64,000 nt of DNA from Eledone cirrhosa (lineage: Eukaryota): the NCBI GenBank assembly GCA_964016885.1, contig OZ024741.1, forward strand, positions 308,078,001-308,142,000. The letters are read 5' to 3'. How positions within the stretch are numbered: the first letter of the stretch is position 1; the number at the start of each line of letters is the position of its first letter. Shown piece after piece: positions 36,280 to 48,372 of the stretch. The notes beneath the pieces were generated by a model. It was not told the origin of the DNA. It saw only the letters and a program-made list of their open reading frames with translations, and ran no database searches. Both the position numbers and the translations under genes were made by a program.

Positions 36280-36282
<3 letters not shown>
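33405..36282 (+). mobile_element. Naiad-type Penelope-like retroelement, 5'-truncated, in (TA)n
   Basis: FIQFDIDSYY, FDITMGSRDWAQVTDLVGIYLL, GVYRDDAL, YKPYHKP, SNHP, WFHPPYS. The GIY-YIG frame is open from 35286 to 35714 (CNCRDRGSCPLRGNCL..VIY..YIGAT..FKTRF..CELCLME..CRH) and is absent from the ORF track. (TA)n flanks both sides. Confidence 0.9.
36043..36080 (+). ncRNA. Hammerhead ribozyme variant with UUGANAA core
   Basis: CC C TTGAGAA GCCC TTTTC GGGC GAAA CGTACG TA GG; palindromic stem III. Confidence 0.65.
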
Positions 36283-36312
<30 letters not shown>

Positions 36313-36320
<8 letters not shown>

Positions 36321-36784
36321 ATACTTTGTGAGGGTCATGTTGCCAATGAGTGGAACAGCAACATCACAACTTACAATTAAGGACAAAATGAAAACACACA
36401 CACACATAGAACAAACAACCAACCAATAACATGTAAATAAACAAATAAATAAATGAACATAAACACACACAGACACCACCCAGATGTGGCGCATGCGCAG
36501 ACTGAGCACACAACACACACACAGAAACAAAATGGCGTAGGACAGAACAAAGGAGAGGCACAGAAACAAGGAAAGGAATCCCCAGTCACTGAAGAGGTCA
36601 CAGAGTGTGTGACGAAAGAACTATGACAATATATAAACAACTATCTGGTTGTGGAACCAACCAACCAACCAGAAATTTATAAATTTATAAATTTATTATA
36701 AATTTATTATAATAAATTGAAGTGAAAGCAACTGGTGCGTGTGTTTCTTATTGGCAACATGACCCTCCCAAAGTATAACAATAT
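36313..36784 (+). mobile_element. Non-coding PLE-derived mini-element with 35 bp terminal inverted repeats and a hammerhead
   Basis: 36313-36347 and 36750-36784 match 34/35 as inverted repeats. The right repeat matches the PLE terminus at 33034-33059 (25/26). Confidence 0.8.
36585..36627 (+). ncRNA. Minimal type I hammerhead ribozyme
   Basis: GTCA CTGAAGA G GTCACA GAGTG TGTGAC GAAA GAAC TA TGAC; stems I and II pair perfectly. Confidence 0.85.
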
Positions 36785-37174
36785 CGGTTTCAACACAAGA
36801 TTTCAGATAAAGAATCTTGCTAAACAAATTCAGAAACGAAATATATATATATATATATATATATGTACATATATTTTTTGTATATGTCGGGGAAAAGCTT
36901 TCCTTCCAGACATGTTATATTGAAAACACGACTGAGCTCTGCTTTGACCATTTTTATAAAAGTTTTTTTTTCATTTCTTCCTTAGTTCTGTATACTTAAT
37001 TAGAACAGTAGCGTTTCTAAATCCATGTCTGTATTAAAGTTGTGTATTGTTTGCGAGCCACGTAGACATATTTAGATACAAACCTACGCGTTTAATCGTG
37101 TATGTATGTATGTATGTATGTATGTATGTATGTATGTATGTATGTATGTATGTATGTATGTATGTATGTATGTA

Positions 37175-37585
37175 TACATCAGGTAGATATGTATGCATGT
37201 CTGCATGCATGTGTAGATATGGATGTTATTGTATGTGTAGATGTGTATGTTTTGTGTTGTATGTGTGCATGTGTATATGCTTTGTATCTGTACATGTGTA
37301 TATGCAGTTATTAGATGCAAAATAAATTCTTGGAATGTTTTACATATTTTTACTGTTACATTAATGGATTGTACTTGTAATTTCCTAAATAGTTGTGTTC
37401 TCTCTGTTCCTGTGAAGTTGCTTCTCAAGATTTGTATTAAGGCAGTTTCTAACATACCCCGGTGCCCCAATAATCACAGGCATAAATCTGAAGGTGTAAT
37501 CAGGCTGGAGTATCTGCAGATTTCTCATCAGTTCTGTATAAATATTCTCTTTTTCACTAATCTACTACGATTTGGGCTTACCTCA
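37175..37585 (-). mobile_element. R4/Dong-type LINE 3' end (restriction-like endonuclease C-terminus) running into (CATA)n
   Basis: EKENIYTELMRNLQILQPDYTFRFMPVIIGAPG, then after a frameshift KLQVQSINVTVKICKTF. Confidence 0.7.
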
Positions 37586-37640
37586 TTTATATATATATAT
37601 GTTTTTGCATGTCAGTTAGATTCAAACTTACAATGATTGG

Positions 37641-37782
<142 letters not shown>

Positions 37783-37841
37783 TAATTGTTTCTACTTTAG
37801 GCACAAGGCCAGCAATTACCCAGTGCATTACTGGTACTTAT

Positions 37842-38906
37842 GAATAATAACAGGTAGACATCATAAAAAGGTAGTTTATTCCGTGTGCTTACAAGTGTTT
37901 CCACGGTGGTGCTGCAGCCTAGTTCCGCTACGTGCAAATTCACAAGTATTTGCAGAACTCGAATATCCAATGCTGTGACCACTGTTTCCTCAGAGCAGAA
38001 TGGTAAATATACAATGTAAAAACCCTTAAGTGGGGTTGTTGGGGAAGATAGAGTGGAACAGGAAGAGAGAAAAGTAGGGAAGAAGGAGAGAGAAAGAAAG
38101 ATATGCAGGGGTTGGAGAAGTAGGAGAGAGTGGCTTGTAGATGTCTTAATCAAAATGTTATGGTAGGGGTTTTATTAGTTACTTTTGGAGAGATGCGTAG
38201 ATAGTTGAGGTCGGAATTATTTATTGCCCCAGAGGGCAGGTTCATAAATGTTGAGAGGGAGGTAGGTCAAAGGTGAGAGAGAGAGAGTGTAATGGATGTA
38301 GAGAGAGATATATAGGTAGAGAGGGGACAGATAAATATGTGTGGTGGGTGAACTTTTGGTTTTGTAGTAGTATTCTAGGAGTTGTACTGAGTTACCATGT
38401 ATAGTGATAAGCAGTGTATTGTCTTGTAGTGTGGGGGGAAGAGAAGGTTGTTAGCTAGAAAGTGGTGTTGTAGTTACGGGTTCGAATGTTAAGTTATTTT
38501 ATAGTGAGAGAATTTAGCTTTTAGTTTGTGGTTGCAGTATAATGATCGTTCAATTCTATCGTTAAGTAGTTTGTTTTTGGATTTTAGTATGTAAAATAGC
38601 TCAAGGTTACATAACCTGCAGTACTTCAAACCACTCCGATATGCATTTGCGCTGGAAAGTATATCCCATTTTAAGGTGAACTGTTGGTTGTGTTCACGGA
38701 GTTGCCAGGTCTTGTTGGCGAGCGTGGTCACAAAGCGGTGATTCTGATGTTTGATTGAGAATCGATGACGGTACCAGCGAGATTTAAACGATGTGGTGGT
38801 AGATCCAATATAATACCATTTCTGGTCGTCCGATTCAACCGTGCATTGGTAAACAATGTTGGACTTTAGGCATTCATTCTGCAATGGACATCTTTCAGTG
38901 GACATC

Positions 38907-38911
<5 letters not shown>
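37842..38911 (-). mobile_element. Naiad-type PLE 3' fragment: GIY-YIG domain and 3' region
   Basis: ORF 38489-38905: CPLQNECLKSNIVY..YIGSTTTSFKSRW..CRLCNLE..CNH. The 5' junction abuts (TA)n with a 13 nt tandem duplication (38885-38897, 38899-38911). Confidence 0.88.
37886..37997 (-). ncRNA. Hammerhead ribozyme with long stem II insertion
   Basis: Minus strand: TGCT CTGAGGA A ACAGTGGT ... ACCACCGT G GAAA CACTTG TA AGCA. Confidence 0.65.
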
Positions 38912-38957
<46 letters not shown>

Positions 38958-39725
38958 GTTTTTTAAAATAATTAAATAAAATTAATTCAACAGTTAACAA
39001 CACATAGGAATAATAAGGTTGTTTCCAAAGAGCCAGAGGATTGGCAAGTCGACCCTCAATATGACTAATAGCACTAGGAAAGCCTTGAACGACACCACAT
39101 TTTAAAACTTTGATTTTGAAAGTAGGTTTATAATTATTAATTTTTATTATTCTTTTGTAGCAGTCTTGGTGGCCTAGTTGGAGGAATGATAGACGGTCGT
39201 GATCCTGGTCTGAAGTTCGGCCCTGGTCGGGAGTAGGGTTCTCGGTAAACCTTTTAAATTTTTTCTATGGGATGTAAAATAAAAACTGAAAAAGATTACA
39301 TGTACCTCTTGACCAAAGACCAAGATCTCCATCGTCTATAGTACCTAACGCTAGGCCATTCAGACATCTACGAAAATCTTCCGAAAATTCATACTTATAA
39401 ACCTACTTTAAAATTTTTCAATACTAAATAATGTGTTGTCGTTCATGTCATTCTTAATGTTATTGTTCCTACTTAAGGTCGACGTCTAAATCATTTGGGT
39501 GTTCCATAAACTACATCCTCGTTTCGTTTCTCATCTATCTAGCGGCCCGCACAAAGGTTTTTACCGCGCGAGCATGTTTTATCTTCTTAATATGAAATAA
39601 AAAATATTTTCAATACGATTGTTATTTTCTTTTTGCGATTTTTGTCAACTACTTTTAAGTTTTGACGAATCACGCTCAGCACATTAATAATTGTAAACAG
39701 AAAAGTTTCTTTCAAAATTTAAAAA

Positions 39726-40620
39726 ATGTTTTCTCTTAAAATGGCTAGTGTTCCTCCAGCTAAGAGAAAAAGGAAATTGAACGAAGAAGGGCAAGTGTTT
39801 CAAGAAAAGTGGGAATTACAGTATTTTTGCACAACGGTGAACGGAAAGATACACTGTTTAATTTGCAACAACTGCATCGCAATACCAAAAGAGTACAATT
39901 TGAAAAGGCATTATGAAACGAAACATCGATCTTACTATAAATATGAAGGCCCAATGCATGTTTCAAGACTTAATGAAGTGAAGGCTAACTTGACACAGCA
40001 ACAGACTTGTTTTATGTAAATTCAGGAAGAGAATGTCGCTCCGTTACTGCAAGCAAATGATCGCCAGGAGAGAGAAATCTTACAGTGAAGAGATTTTGTA
40101 AAGCAATGACTTGTAAAAAACAGCTGAAATTGTATGTCCAGAGAAAGCAGAGTTATTTAAAAACATTTCATAAACCAGGAACACTGTTGCTGAACGGATT
40201 GATGAAATGCCAGGTGATCTGAAACAACAGTTGAAGGCTGAATCATCAAGGTTTGAAGATTCTTCTATTGAAGATTCTTCTATTGTTATTGATGAGACCG
40301 TTGACATCACTGGAATATCACAGCTTGCATTCTTCCTCAGAGCTTGTGACAGTGAATTTAATATTTATGAAGAACTAATTGAACATGGGGATGTATGACA
40401 CTATAACAAGCCAGGACACCTTTGAGAAGGTCGAGCAGGTTCTGCATGACTATGGTATTGATTTGAGTAAACTTGCATGATTATCTACTGTCGGTGCTGC
40501 GAATATGGTTGGCAGACATAATGGTGTTACTACCAAGTTACGAACAAAAATAGAAAACTCGCATCCAGATTCATCATTGTACATTTTCACTGTATTATTC
40601 ATCAGCAAAATTTGTGTTGA
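39726..40620 (+). pseudogene. hAT transposase remnant (GTF2IRD2/SPIN/Charlie-like), 3'-truncated
   Basis: FQEKWELQYF, CLIC..KEYNLKRHYETKH, IDETVDITGISQLAFF, HCIIHQQNLC; multiple stops and frameshifts; no terminal repeats found. Confidence 0.88.
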
Positions 40621-41416
40621 AAGATTTTAAAATTGCAAGACTGATTGTGTCTTGGGATACATTTTAAAATTCTTTTTGGCGAATTTTTATGTTATTTGTT
40701 TTATTTTTTGATAACTTGCATTAGAGAAAATGTTATTTTAATTCGTTTAAATTATATTTAGTTTCGTATATGCATTTCATTTTCAATTTATTTAGTCTGT
40801 TTGTATTTGTCCAGTTCAAAAGTTTAGGATAAAATATATTGTTTTATTTCGTGTATACAAGTCTAATTAATAATTAAATTAGCCATTTAAATTATTTCAG
40901 GACACTTGTTTTAGTTAGTATTTCATATTTAGATATATATATTGTTTATTTCGGTTTGTTAGGCGGGGCAGCGCTCTAGAGTTTTTAAATAAATTTACCC
41001 GTTAGTCAAGGGAATGGGATCGGAGTCGTTGTGGATAGTAATAAATATTGTTTATTGTTTATTCTTATAGAGAAACTGGATAAGATGTCAGCTACATCTA
41101 TATACCAGTACCCCATACTGCTATTTAGAGTGATTGTTTATTATTGTCTTTGTTTTCGGAGTGTATTATTTAGGTATAGGGGGAAAAAATGGGCATTAGC
41201 ACGCTAAAGCCGATTTTTTTCGTTCTAAAGGCTTATACGCTTTCTTATTATTGGACTACCTTCTGTAGTCAAGAAATACGGCGAAGTTACTAATTCTATT
41301 CAAATTTCAAATTTCCACCGAGGCTATTTAATTACATGATATTTACATACACACGCACACAATACATACATGCATACACACACACACACATATATATATA
41401 GAGAGATATATACATA

Positions 41417-44400
41417 TCTAGATATATAAAACAGAGGATGTCGGTCTGTGTGTCTGTTTCCCTAAAACTCGAGAAGTACCCAACCGTTTTTTTCAAACTT
41501 TACACATGTAACCCGTATGGCCCCGGAAGTGTTTTAAGCAAAAATAATTTCAAATTATTCTGACCTAGGGATCAAATTAGTGAAGAGGCCAATGTCTGTA
41601 CATAATGAGGGAGTGAGAGGGGAGAGAAAGAAACGGAGAGTCGAAGTGAAGAAGTGGCTCTGTACTCCTCCTCCTCCTCCCCATTCGTCACAGCGTATTT
41701 CGATAGAGGGGAGAAATGTGAACGAGTTACAGAGAGAAAGAGTGAGAGTGAAAGAAACAGACAGGTTAAAAGAGGAGGATAGCGGGAGAGAGAGAGAGAG
41801 AGTGACAGACGCCGTCTTTTGAGAGTTGTATGCGTCAAAGATACATGACAGTGGAATAACTATTGCGTGTGTGTGTACGTGCGCGCGTGTGTGTGTGAGT
41901 TTGTGTGCGTTTGCATGCGTGAGTGTGTATGTGTGCGTGAGTGATTATAAACTCTCTCACATGGTCTGATGGAATTAACCCTTTAGCATTTACATTACTC
42001 TATATATACTATATTTATGCCCACATTTAAGGTTCAAGGTCAGGTGTACCTCCAACCTGCCGCCAATCAAGAACCTCAATTTCTTCAGCTGTACTTTGTT
42101 GGGAATGTCAACGAGCAGGCAGCCATGAGGAACTCCATTTCACCCGGTACCAATGTCGAGCTTATAAGGAAATTGCAAGACATTCTGCACACAAAAAACC
42201 GCTATGTCATTAGCTTCAAGTATGCCTTGGAAGCAGATACCACAGCCAATTTTAATATGGTAATTGATGCCTCGAAAATGCCATCTGGGGAGCATCCGGG
42301 TCGGTATAATTATCCTGCATGCAATGAAATCGCTGTACTTATGCATGGGGGTCAGCATAATCCATGAGACATTGTCCCCAAGCGTCGAGATAGCACTCTT
42401 CAGCGAATCAACGAAACACATAGGTCTTACGATGCGCTCCAGTATCCACTTCTCTTTGTAAATGGTGAGGACGGCTATCAGTATGGAATTCACCAGCATA
42501 ATCCAGTAATCACTCAACGCTCCATCAAAAAACCAGTTTCATGCATGGATTTTTACTCCTACCGCTTCATGATTCGCCACGATTCCTTCAATCACCTGCA
42601 CCAGTCAAGAGACCTACTTCAGTAATTTTCCGTTGATATGTGCGCAAAAATGGAATCGGAGAGACTGTGTTTCATACGGTCACACCAAAGGCAACTGCGG
42701 TCCGAGAGCTACATCCATCTCCGAGATGCCATCAACAATGATGCAGCTCCCAGCAGCGTAGGAAAAGTCTGCATTCTCCCCTCCACCTTCACCGGAAGTC
42801 CGCGCTACATGCACGAGAGAACGCAGGATGCTACGACCTACGTACGGCATTACGGCAGGCCCGATCTGTTCATCACATTCACTTGCCACCCAAAGTGGAA
42901 GGAGATCGAGGCAGAACTGTTCCAAGAGCAACAGGGCAAAGACAGGCATGACCTCCTGGCCTGAGTCTTTCGGCTGAAGCTTATCAATCTCATGGAGCTC
43001 ATCAAGAGAGGCCAAGTCTTTGGCCCAGTAAAGTGCGACATGTACACCGTAGAGTGGCAGAAGAGGGGCCTACCGCACGCCCACATCCTCATTTGGCTGT
43101 CAACAAAAATATCTTCAAATGACATTGACAGCATCATCTCCGCAGAGTTTCCCGATCCGTCTATAGACAAAGACCCCTATGACATAGTGAAGACAAACAT
43201 GGTCGATGGTCCATGTGGGCGGGGCTTCAATTTAAGCTCACCTTGCTTGAACGACAATGTCTGCAGCAAAAGATTTCCCGAAAGTTCCCCCAAGAAACCC
43301 AGACTGGCGTTGACGGATACCCACTGTACAGGCGACGCCAGCCCGGAGACGGTGGTTTTACAACAACAGTTGGACAGCACGAGATCGACAACAGATGGAT
43401 AGTGCCATACTGCCCATTTCTTTCCAAGACCTTCGGTGCTCACATCAATGTCGAGTTCTGTAATTCCGTCAAGTCAATCAAGTACATATGTAAATATGTG
43501 AATAAGGGTTCAGACGCTGCTATGTTCGGTCTTCAACAGGACAACAGCCGTGATGAGGTCACGCAATACCAAGTTGGCCGTTACATCAGCAGCAACGAGG
43601 CTTTCTGGCGTATTTTCGGCTTCCCTATACACCAAAGGCACCCTGCAATTGAACAGCTCGCAGTCCACCTGGAGAACGGTCAAAGGGTGTACTTCACTGA
43701 CGTTAATGCTGTTCAAATGGTGGAGGAACCACGGGAAACCCCCCTCACTGCATTCTTCAAACTTTGTCAGGCCGATTCATTTGCTCAAACCCTGCTGTAT
43801 CCTCAGGTGTCGTCCTATTACACGTGGAATAAAAAACAATGGGTTCGCAGAAAGGTAGGTCAGCCTATTGATGGACATCCTGGCATAAAGTTTGACAGTT
43901 GCATAGGATGAGTATACAGAGTGCACCCGAACCAGCATGAGTGCTTCTACCGTCTTCTGCTACATGACCTTAGAACTGCCGACGGTTCTGTGTGCAGCAC
44001 TTACAGGGAAGCTTGCTTCAAGCGCGGCCTGCTAGAAGACGGTACGCAGTGGGATGCCACTTTATTCGAAGCTATTGCATCTGAATCGCCTATACGCCTA
44101 CGATCTCTATATACAGTATTGCTACAAACTTGCGAACTGAGTAATCCTATCTCTTTATGGCTCAAGTATAAAGATGACTTATCCGAGGACTACAAACGTC
44201 AGGCGCAAGTGCAATACCCTGAGATGGAAGGTACCAGCGACGAGGTCTTCAATCTAGCGTTGATTGACTTAGAGGATAGAGTTGCATCACTCAACGGAAA
44301 TTATTGGTCACATGGTCTGCCCCAAACAATCCGTACAGGGTCAAACGTACTTCCTACAGCTCTTCTCCGAGAAACGTCCTACGACGTCGATGCTCTTACC

Positions 44401-46554
44401 AAGTACGTCCTTGAAACTGAAACACAACTTCTTCCGGACCAACGTCGTGCTTACACCATTGTTGCCGGCCATGTGCGCCACAGAAAAGGAGGTATGTTCT
44501 TTCTGGATGCTCCTGCAGGGACGGGCAAAACATTTTTAACGAGACTCCTCCTTGCAAAAGTCAGGATGCACAAGGACATTGCGGTTGCTGTTGCCTCTTC
44601 TGGAATTGCTGCCACTTTGTTGCCTGGTGGCAGGACCGCACACTCCAGTTTTAAATTGCCTCTCAATTTAACAACGTCAGAAACGCCTACTTGCAGCATC
44701 AGCAAGACCTCCGACCAGGGCCAAGTCCTAAAACGATGTCAGCTCATTGTGTGGGATGAGTGCACCATGGCCCATAAGGGAGCTCTGGACGCATTAAACA
44801 GAGCTCTAAAGGACATCAGAGGCTGCCTGGCTCCCATGGGAGGTGTTACGCTTCTGCTTTCGGGTGACTTCAGCAGACTCTTCCCGCCATTCCCAAAGGC
44901 ACAAGAGCAGATGAGGTCCAAGCATGCCTAAAGTCCTCTCCTCTGTGGCGCCATGTCAGGACACTGATTCTTACAACCAACATGAGAGCTCAATTCCACG
45001 GCGACCAAATGTCCGCAGAATTTGCACAGAACATTTTGAAACTTGGCGACGGCAAAATACCTCTGGACACTGCAGGAGAGTTGGAAGTGTGGCCATTTTC
45101 GACCTCAGTTAATTCTGCGCGGGAGCTGAAAGACAAAGTGTTTCCAGATTTGAGAGACAATTACCAGAACCACGTATGGTTGTGTGAAAGAGCAGTGCTA
45201 GCTCCCAAAAACGTTGCTGTTAACAAAACCAACGACCAACTACTGCATTCCCTTCCTGGTGTTCTTCACACTTACAAATCTGTTGACACGATGCCAGATC
45301 CCAATGAAGAGGTGAACTTTCCGCCGGAGTTCCTCAATTCTTTGGAGCCCCCAGGACTACCGCTTCACATACTTCTGCTTAAAGTTGGCACCCCTGTAAT
45401 GCTGCGGAATTTGGAACCACCAAGACTGTGCAACGGGACACGGCTGGCTGTAAAAAAAATTGATGGCACATGTAATCGAGGCAACAATCCTTTCTGGATG
45501 CGGAAAAGGTGATATCTTCATTCCGAGAATTCCTCTCATTCCCTCGGGAGCAGAAATTCCGTTCACCTTCCGAAGACTCCAATTTCCACTTCGAGTCAGT
45601 TTTGCTATGTCCATCAATAAGTCCCAGGGCCAGACTCTTTCTGTTGCCGGACTTCTGGAAAAATCGTGTTTCTCCCACGTTGGGTGCTCTAGAGTGGGCA
45701 GCAGGGAAAGTCTTTTCGGATTTGCACGCCGAGGAAAAACAAGAAACATCGTTTGCAACGAGGTGTTGTAAATGCAACAGCGAGGAGATAGGTCCGTAAT
45801 CACCATTTCTTTAGCCAGCCTGATGAGCTTTTAAACAGTCTCTTAACTAAAACGTATGTTTCCCTCGGTTAAAGGTGATCGCCTTCAGAGAGGAACCCAG
45901 CTTGACAATCGGCGCGGCAATTTAAGGCGGCTGAACAAATCGTGAACGCCTACAGAGTCATTCTAATCGCTGCCAATGAACGCAACTGAACTACTTTTTG
46001 CGGCCGTTGGAGAACGCAGTCAAAGTCCTTTCAAGGGCTGCAAGTGAACGATCAAACGGCCCTTTTTAGGGCCGAAATTGTTGATAGTGAGCCCTCATTT
46101 TTAGGGCTCTCAGTGAACACACACACAACCCTATTTAAGAGGCCCTACTTAAAATTGTTTGATGGCTACAGCAATGGTAAATTCATATCGACCAGCATCT
46201 GCTAAAACAGTGTTATAAGCGCAACAATGGACAGACAGGTACGTTATCGCTCTTCTTAACAAGCCCTGTTTACCTTTACTTATTTTTCCTAACAACATTT
46301 GCTTCCTTTGGTTAAAGGTGAACACACACACGACCCTTTCTTAGCTCCCCTCCCCCTCCTTCATGAAATTGGAAATTTATTTTGCTCACAACAATTATTT
46401 TTTTATATGAACTCAGAATTGATTTCATCGTGTGTCCCAATTGAAGAATAAATTGAATTTTGAATAACACATTTCTATACAACATATTTTGCTCTTTTCT
46501 TCTAATATGTAAGGAACAATTTCATTCCCGAGCAACGCCGGGTGCCTATGCTAG
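41417..46554 (+). mobile_element. Helitron with both termini
   Basis: Starts A|TCTAGATATATAAAA. Ends with hairpin CCCG AGCAACGC CGGG (46527-46542), then CTAG|T. Contains RepHel coding remnants. Confidence 0.9.
42017..45771 (+). pseudogene. Helitron RepHel (HUH endonuclease plus Pif1-like helicase), disrupted
   Basis: Rep motifs PDLFITFT, VEWQKRGLPHAHILIW, YICKYVNK. Helicase motifs DAPAGTGKT, IVWDECTM, LLSGDF, LCNGTRL, QFPLRVSFAMSINKSQGQTL. Several stops and frameshifts. Confidence 0.95.
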
Positions 46555-46561
46555 TATATAT

Positions 46562-46945
46562 ATAATATAAGATCAAAAGATAGTTAAAAGAGTTCCATGT
46601 ATTTTATTATGCGCATTTCAAAAACAAATATCATCATGGGATGATATTTGCGTTCTCATCAGATAAAATAGGGAGACATGATATGAAGCTTAAAAAACAC
46701 TTGCGAGCAGTGAAGTGTAAAATCAACATATGAAAAATAAAGTAAGATGGATATCATCTTACTGATGAGAACGCAAATATCATCCCATGATGATATTTGT
46801 TTTTGAAATGCGCATAATAAAATACTTGGAACTCTTTTAACCATCTTTTGATCTTATATTATTTATACTCCAGTCCTCTAAACTGTGGAGTGCTACTTAT
46901 CCGATATTTGCATTGCTTTATTGTGCTACAAGAAAACTGACCTCC
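46562..46945 (+). mobile_element. Fold-back mini-element in (TA)n: 101 bp inverted repeats containing the hammerhead, plus tail
   Basis: Arms 46562-46662 and 46762-46862 differ at 2 positions; tail 46863-46945, then (TA)n. Confidence 0.85.
46600..46670 (-). ncRNA. Complete type I hammerhead ribozyme
   Basis: Minus strand: TATTTTAT CTGATGA GAACGCAAATATCATC CCAT GATGATATTTGTTTTT GAAA TGCGCA TA ATAAAATA; 8 bp stem I, long stem II, palindromic stem III. Confidence 0.85.
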
Positions 46946-46947
46946 TA

Positions 46948-47105
<158 letters not shown>

Positions 47106-47169
47106 ACTATTATCATTATTATTTTCAATAATAGCTTTAGGAAAATTTTACAATTCAAAATAATCGGTA

Positions 47170-48180
47170 TGATTTGCGATTACCATCTGTCATCATTTAG
47201 GAAGGCACATGATTCCATCTCTTTAGAATTCTTCTGGCTACAATGCAAAGAATCTCATGAGCCACTGATTTAACTGGTCTTCATTGACGAAGGTCTTTGA
47301 CTGCATTACACGCTCATTGTCAGAAAAAAGTCATAGTTTGTAGGCGTGAGGTCGGACTAATACGGCTGGGCGTGCAAAATCTCCCAACTTACTTCCAGCA
47401 GCTTCTCATGGCTCATCCTTAAAGTATGCGGCCGAGCGTTATCGTGAACGAATCGAATAGGACTAGGGTTTAGTCGCACTTGTGTGATGTTGCAGCACTC
47501 TGTCAAGTTGTTGGCAATAGACATCAGAGTTCATGCTGGTGTTCAGTGGGAACAGCTGATAGTGGATAGTAACTTTCTAGTTGCACCAGACGCTCTGTAG
47601 CTTCTTGTGTGGGTGGAGGCCAACTTTTGCTTGTCGTTGTGACACACTTTCTTTATCAACCCCCGATCGCTTACCCATGACGTTAATGTAGAGATACCAT
47701 TTTTAATCACCAGTCACAATGAAACGTAACCAGTTGGTTGTGCGATAGTAGGAAAGCAGAGGACTCACTGCTGCTGCCTGCCATTCCTGATTACGCTCAG
47801 TCAAATAGTGTGGTACCCATTGGTCCAGCTTGGACACCTTTCCTATTGCATACAAGGGATTGAGAATGATTGTTTTCGATACCCTAAGTACTTCGGAGAG
47901 TTGGCGGGATGTCTGGCGTGCATTGGCCTCCACCAGCTCAGGCAGTTACTCGCCAATGAAGTCGGATGGACGTCCTGCGCGAGGTCAATCTTCAAGGCTG
48001 TAATCACCGGGACGGAAACGTGAGAACTAGTACCTGGTACTGCGTTCAGAGATGGTGTGTTACCCAACTGCATTGTTAAATCCATGATTCGATGATGCTG
48101 TGCCTAGGCCAGATTTTGAAGTCATAAAATAAACATCCATGAATAAACGATTTGGATAGATCCAAGTTGGTTCCATTTTG
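47170..48180 (-). pseudogene. mariner transposase remnant
   Basis: KLDQWVPHYLTE, FIVTGD, FVHDNARP, QPY*SDLTPTNY. Confidence 0.85.
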
Positions 48181-48330
48181 ATATCGTAATAGAAAATCAT
48201 AAATGCATATAGCGCATATCACTGTTACTGCTTATATAAATGCGCATGCGCAACCTTCCACATTTCCAGAAATCTCTACCAGAATACCTCTTTTTGAAAA
48301 ACGACAGGACGTATATATATATATATATAT

Positions 48331-48372
<42 letters not shown>

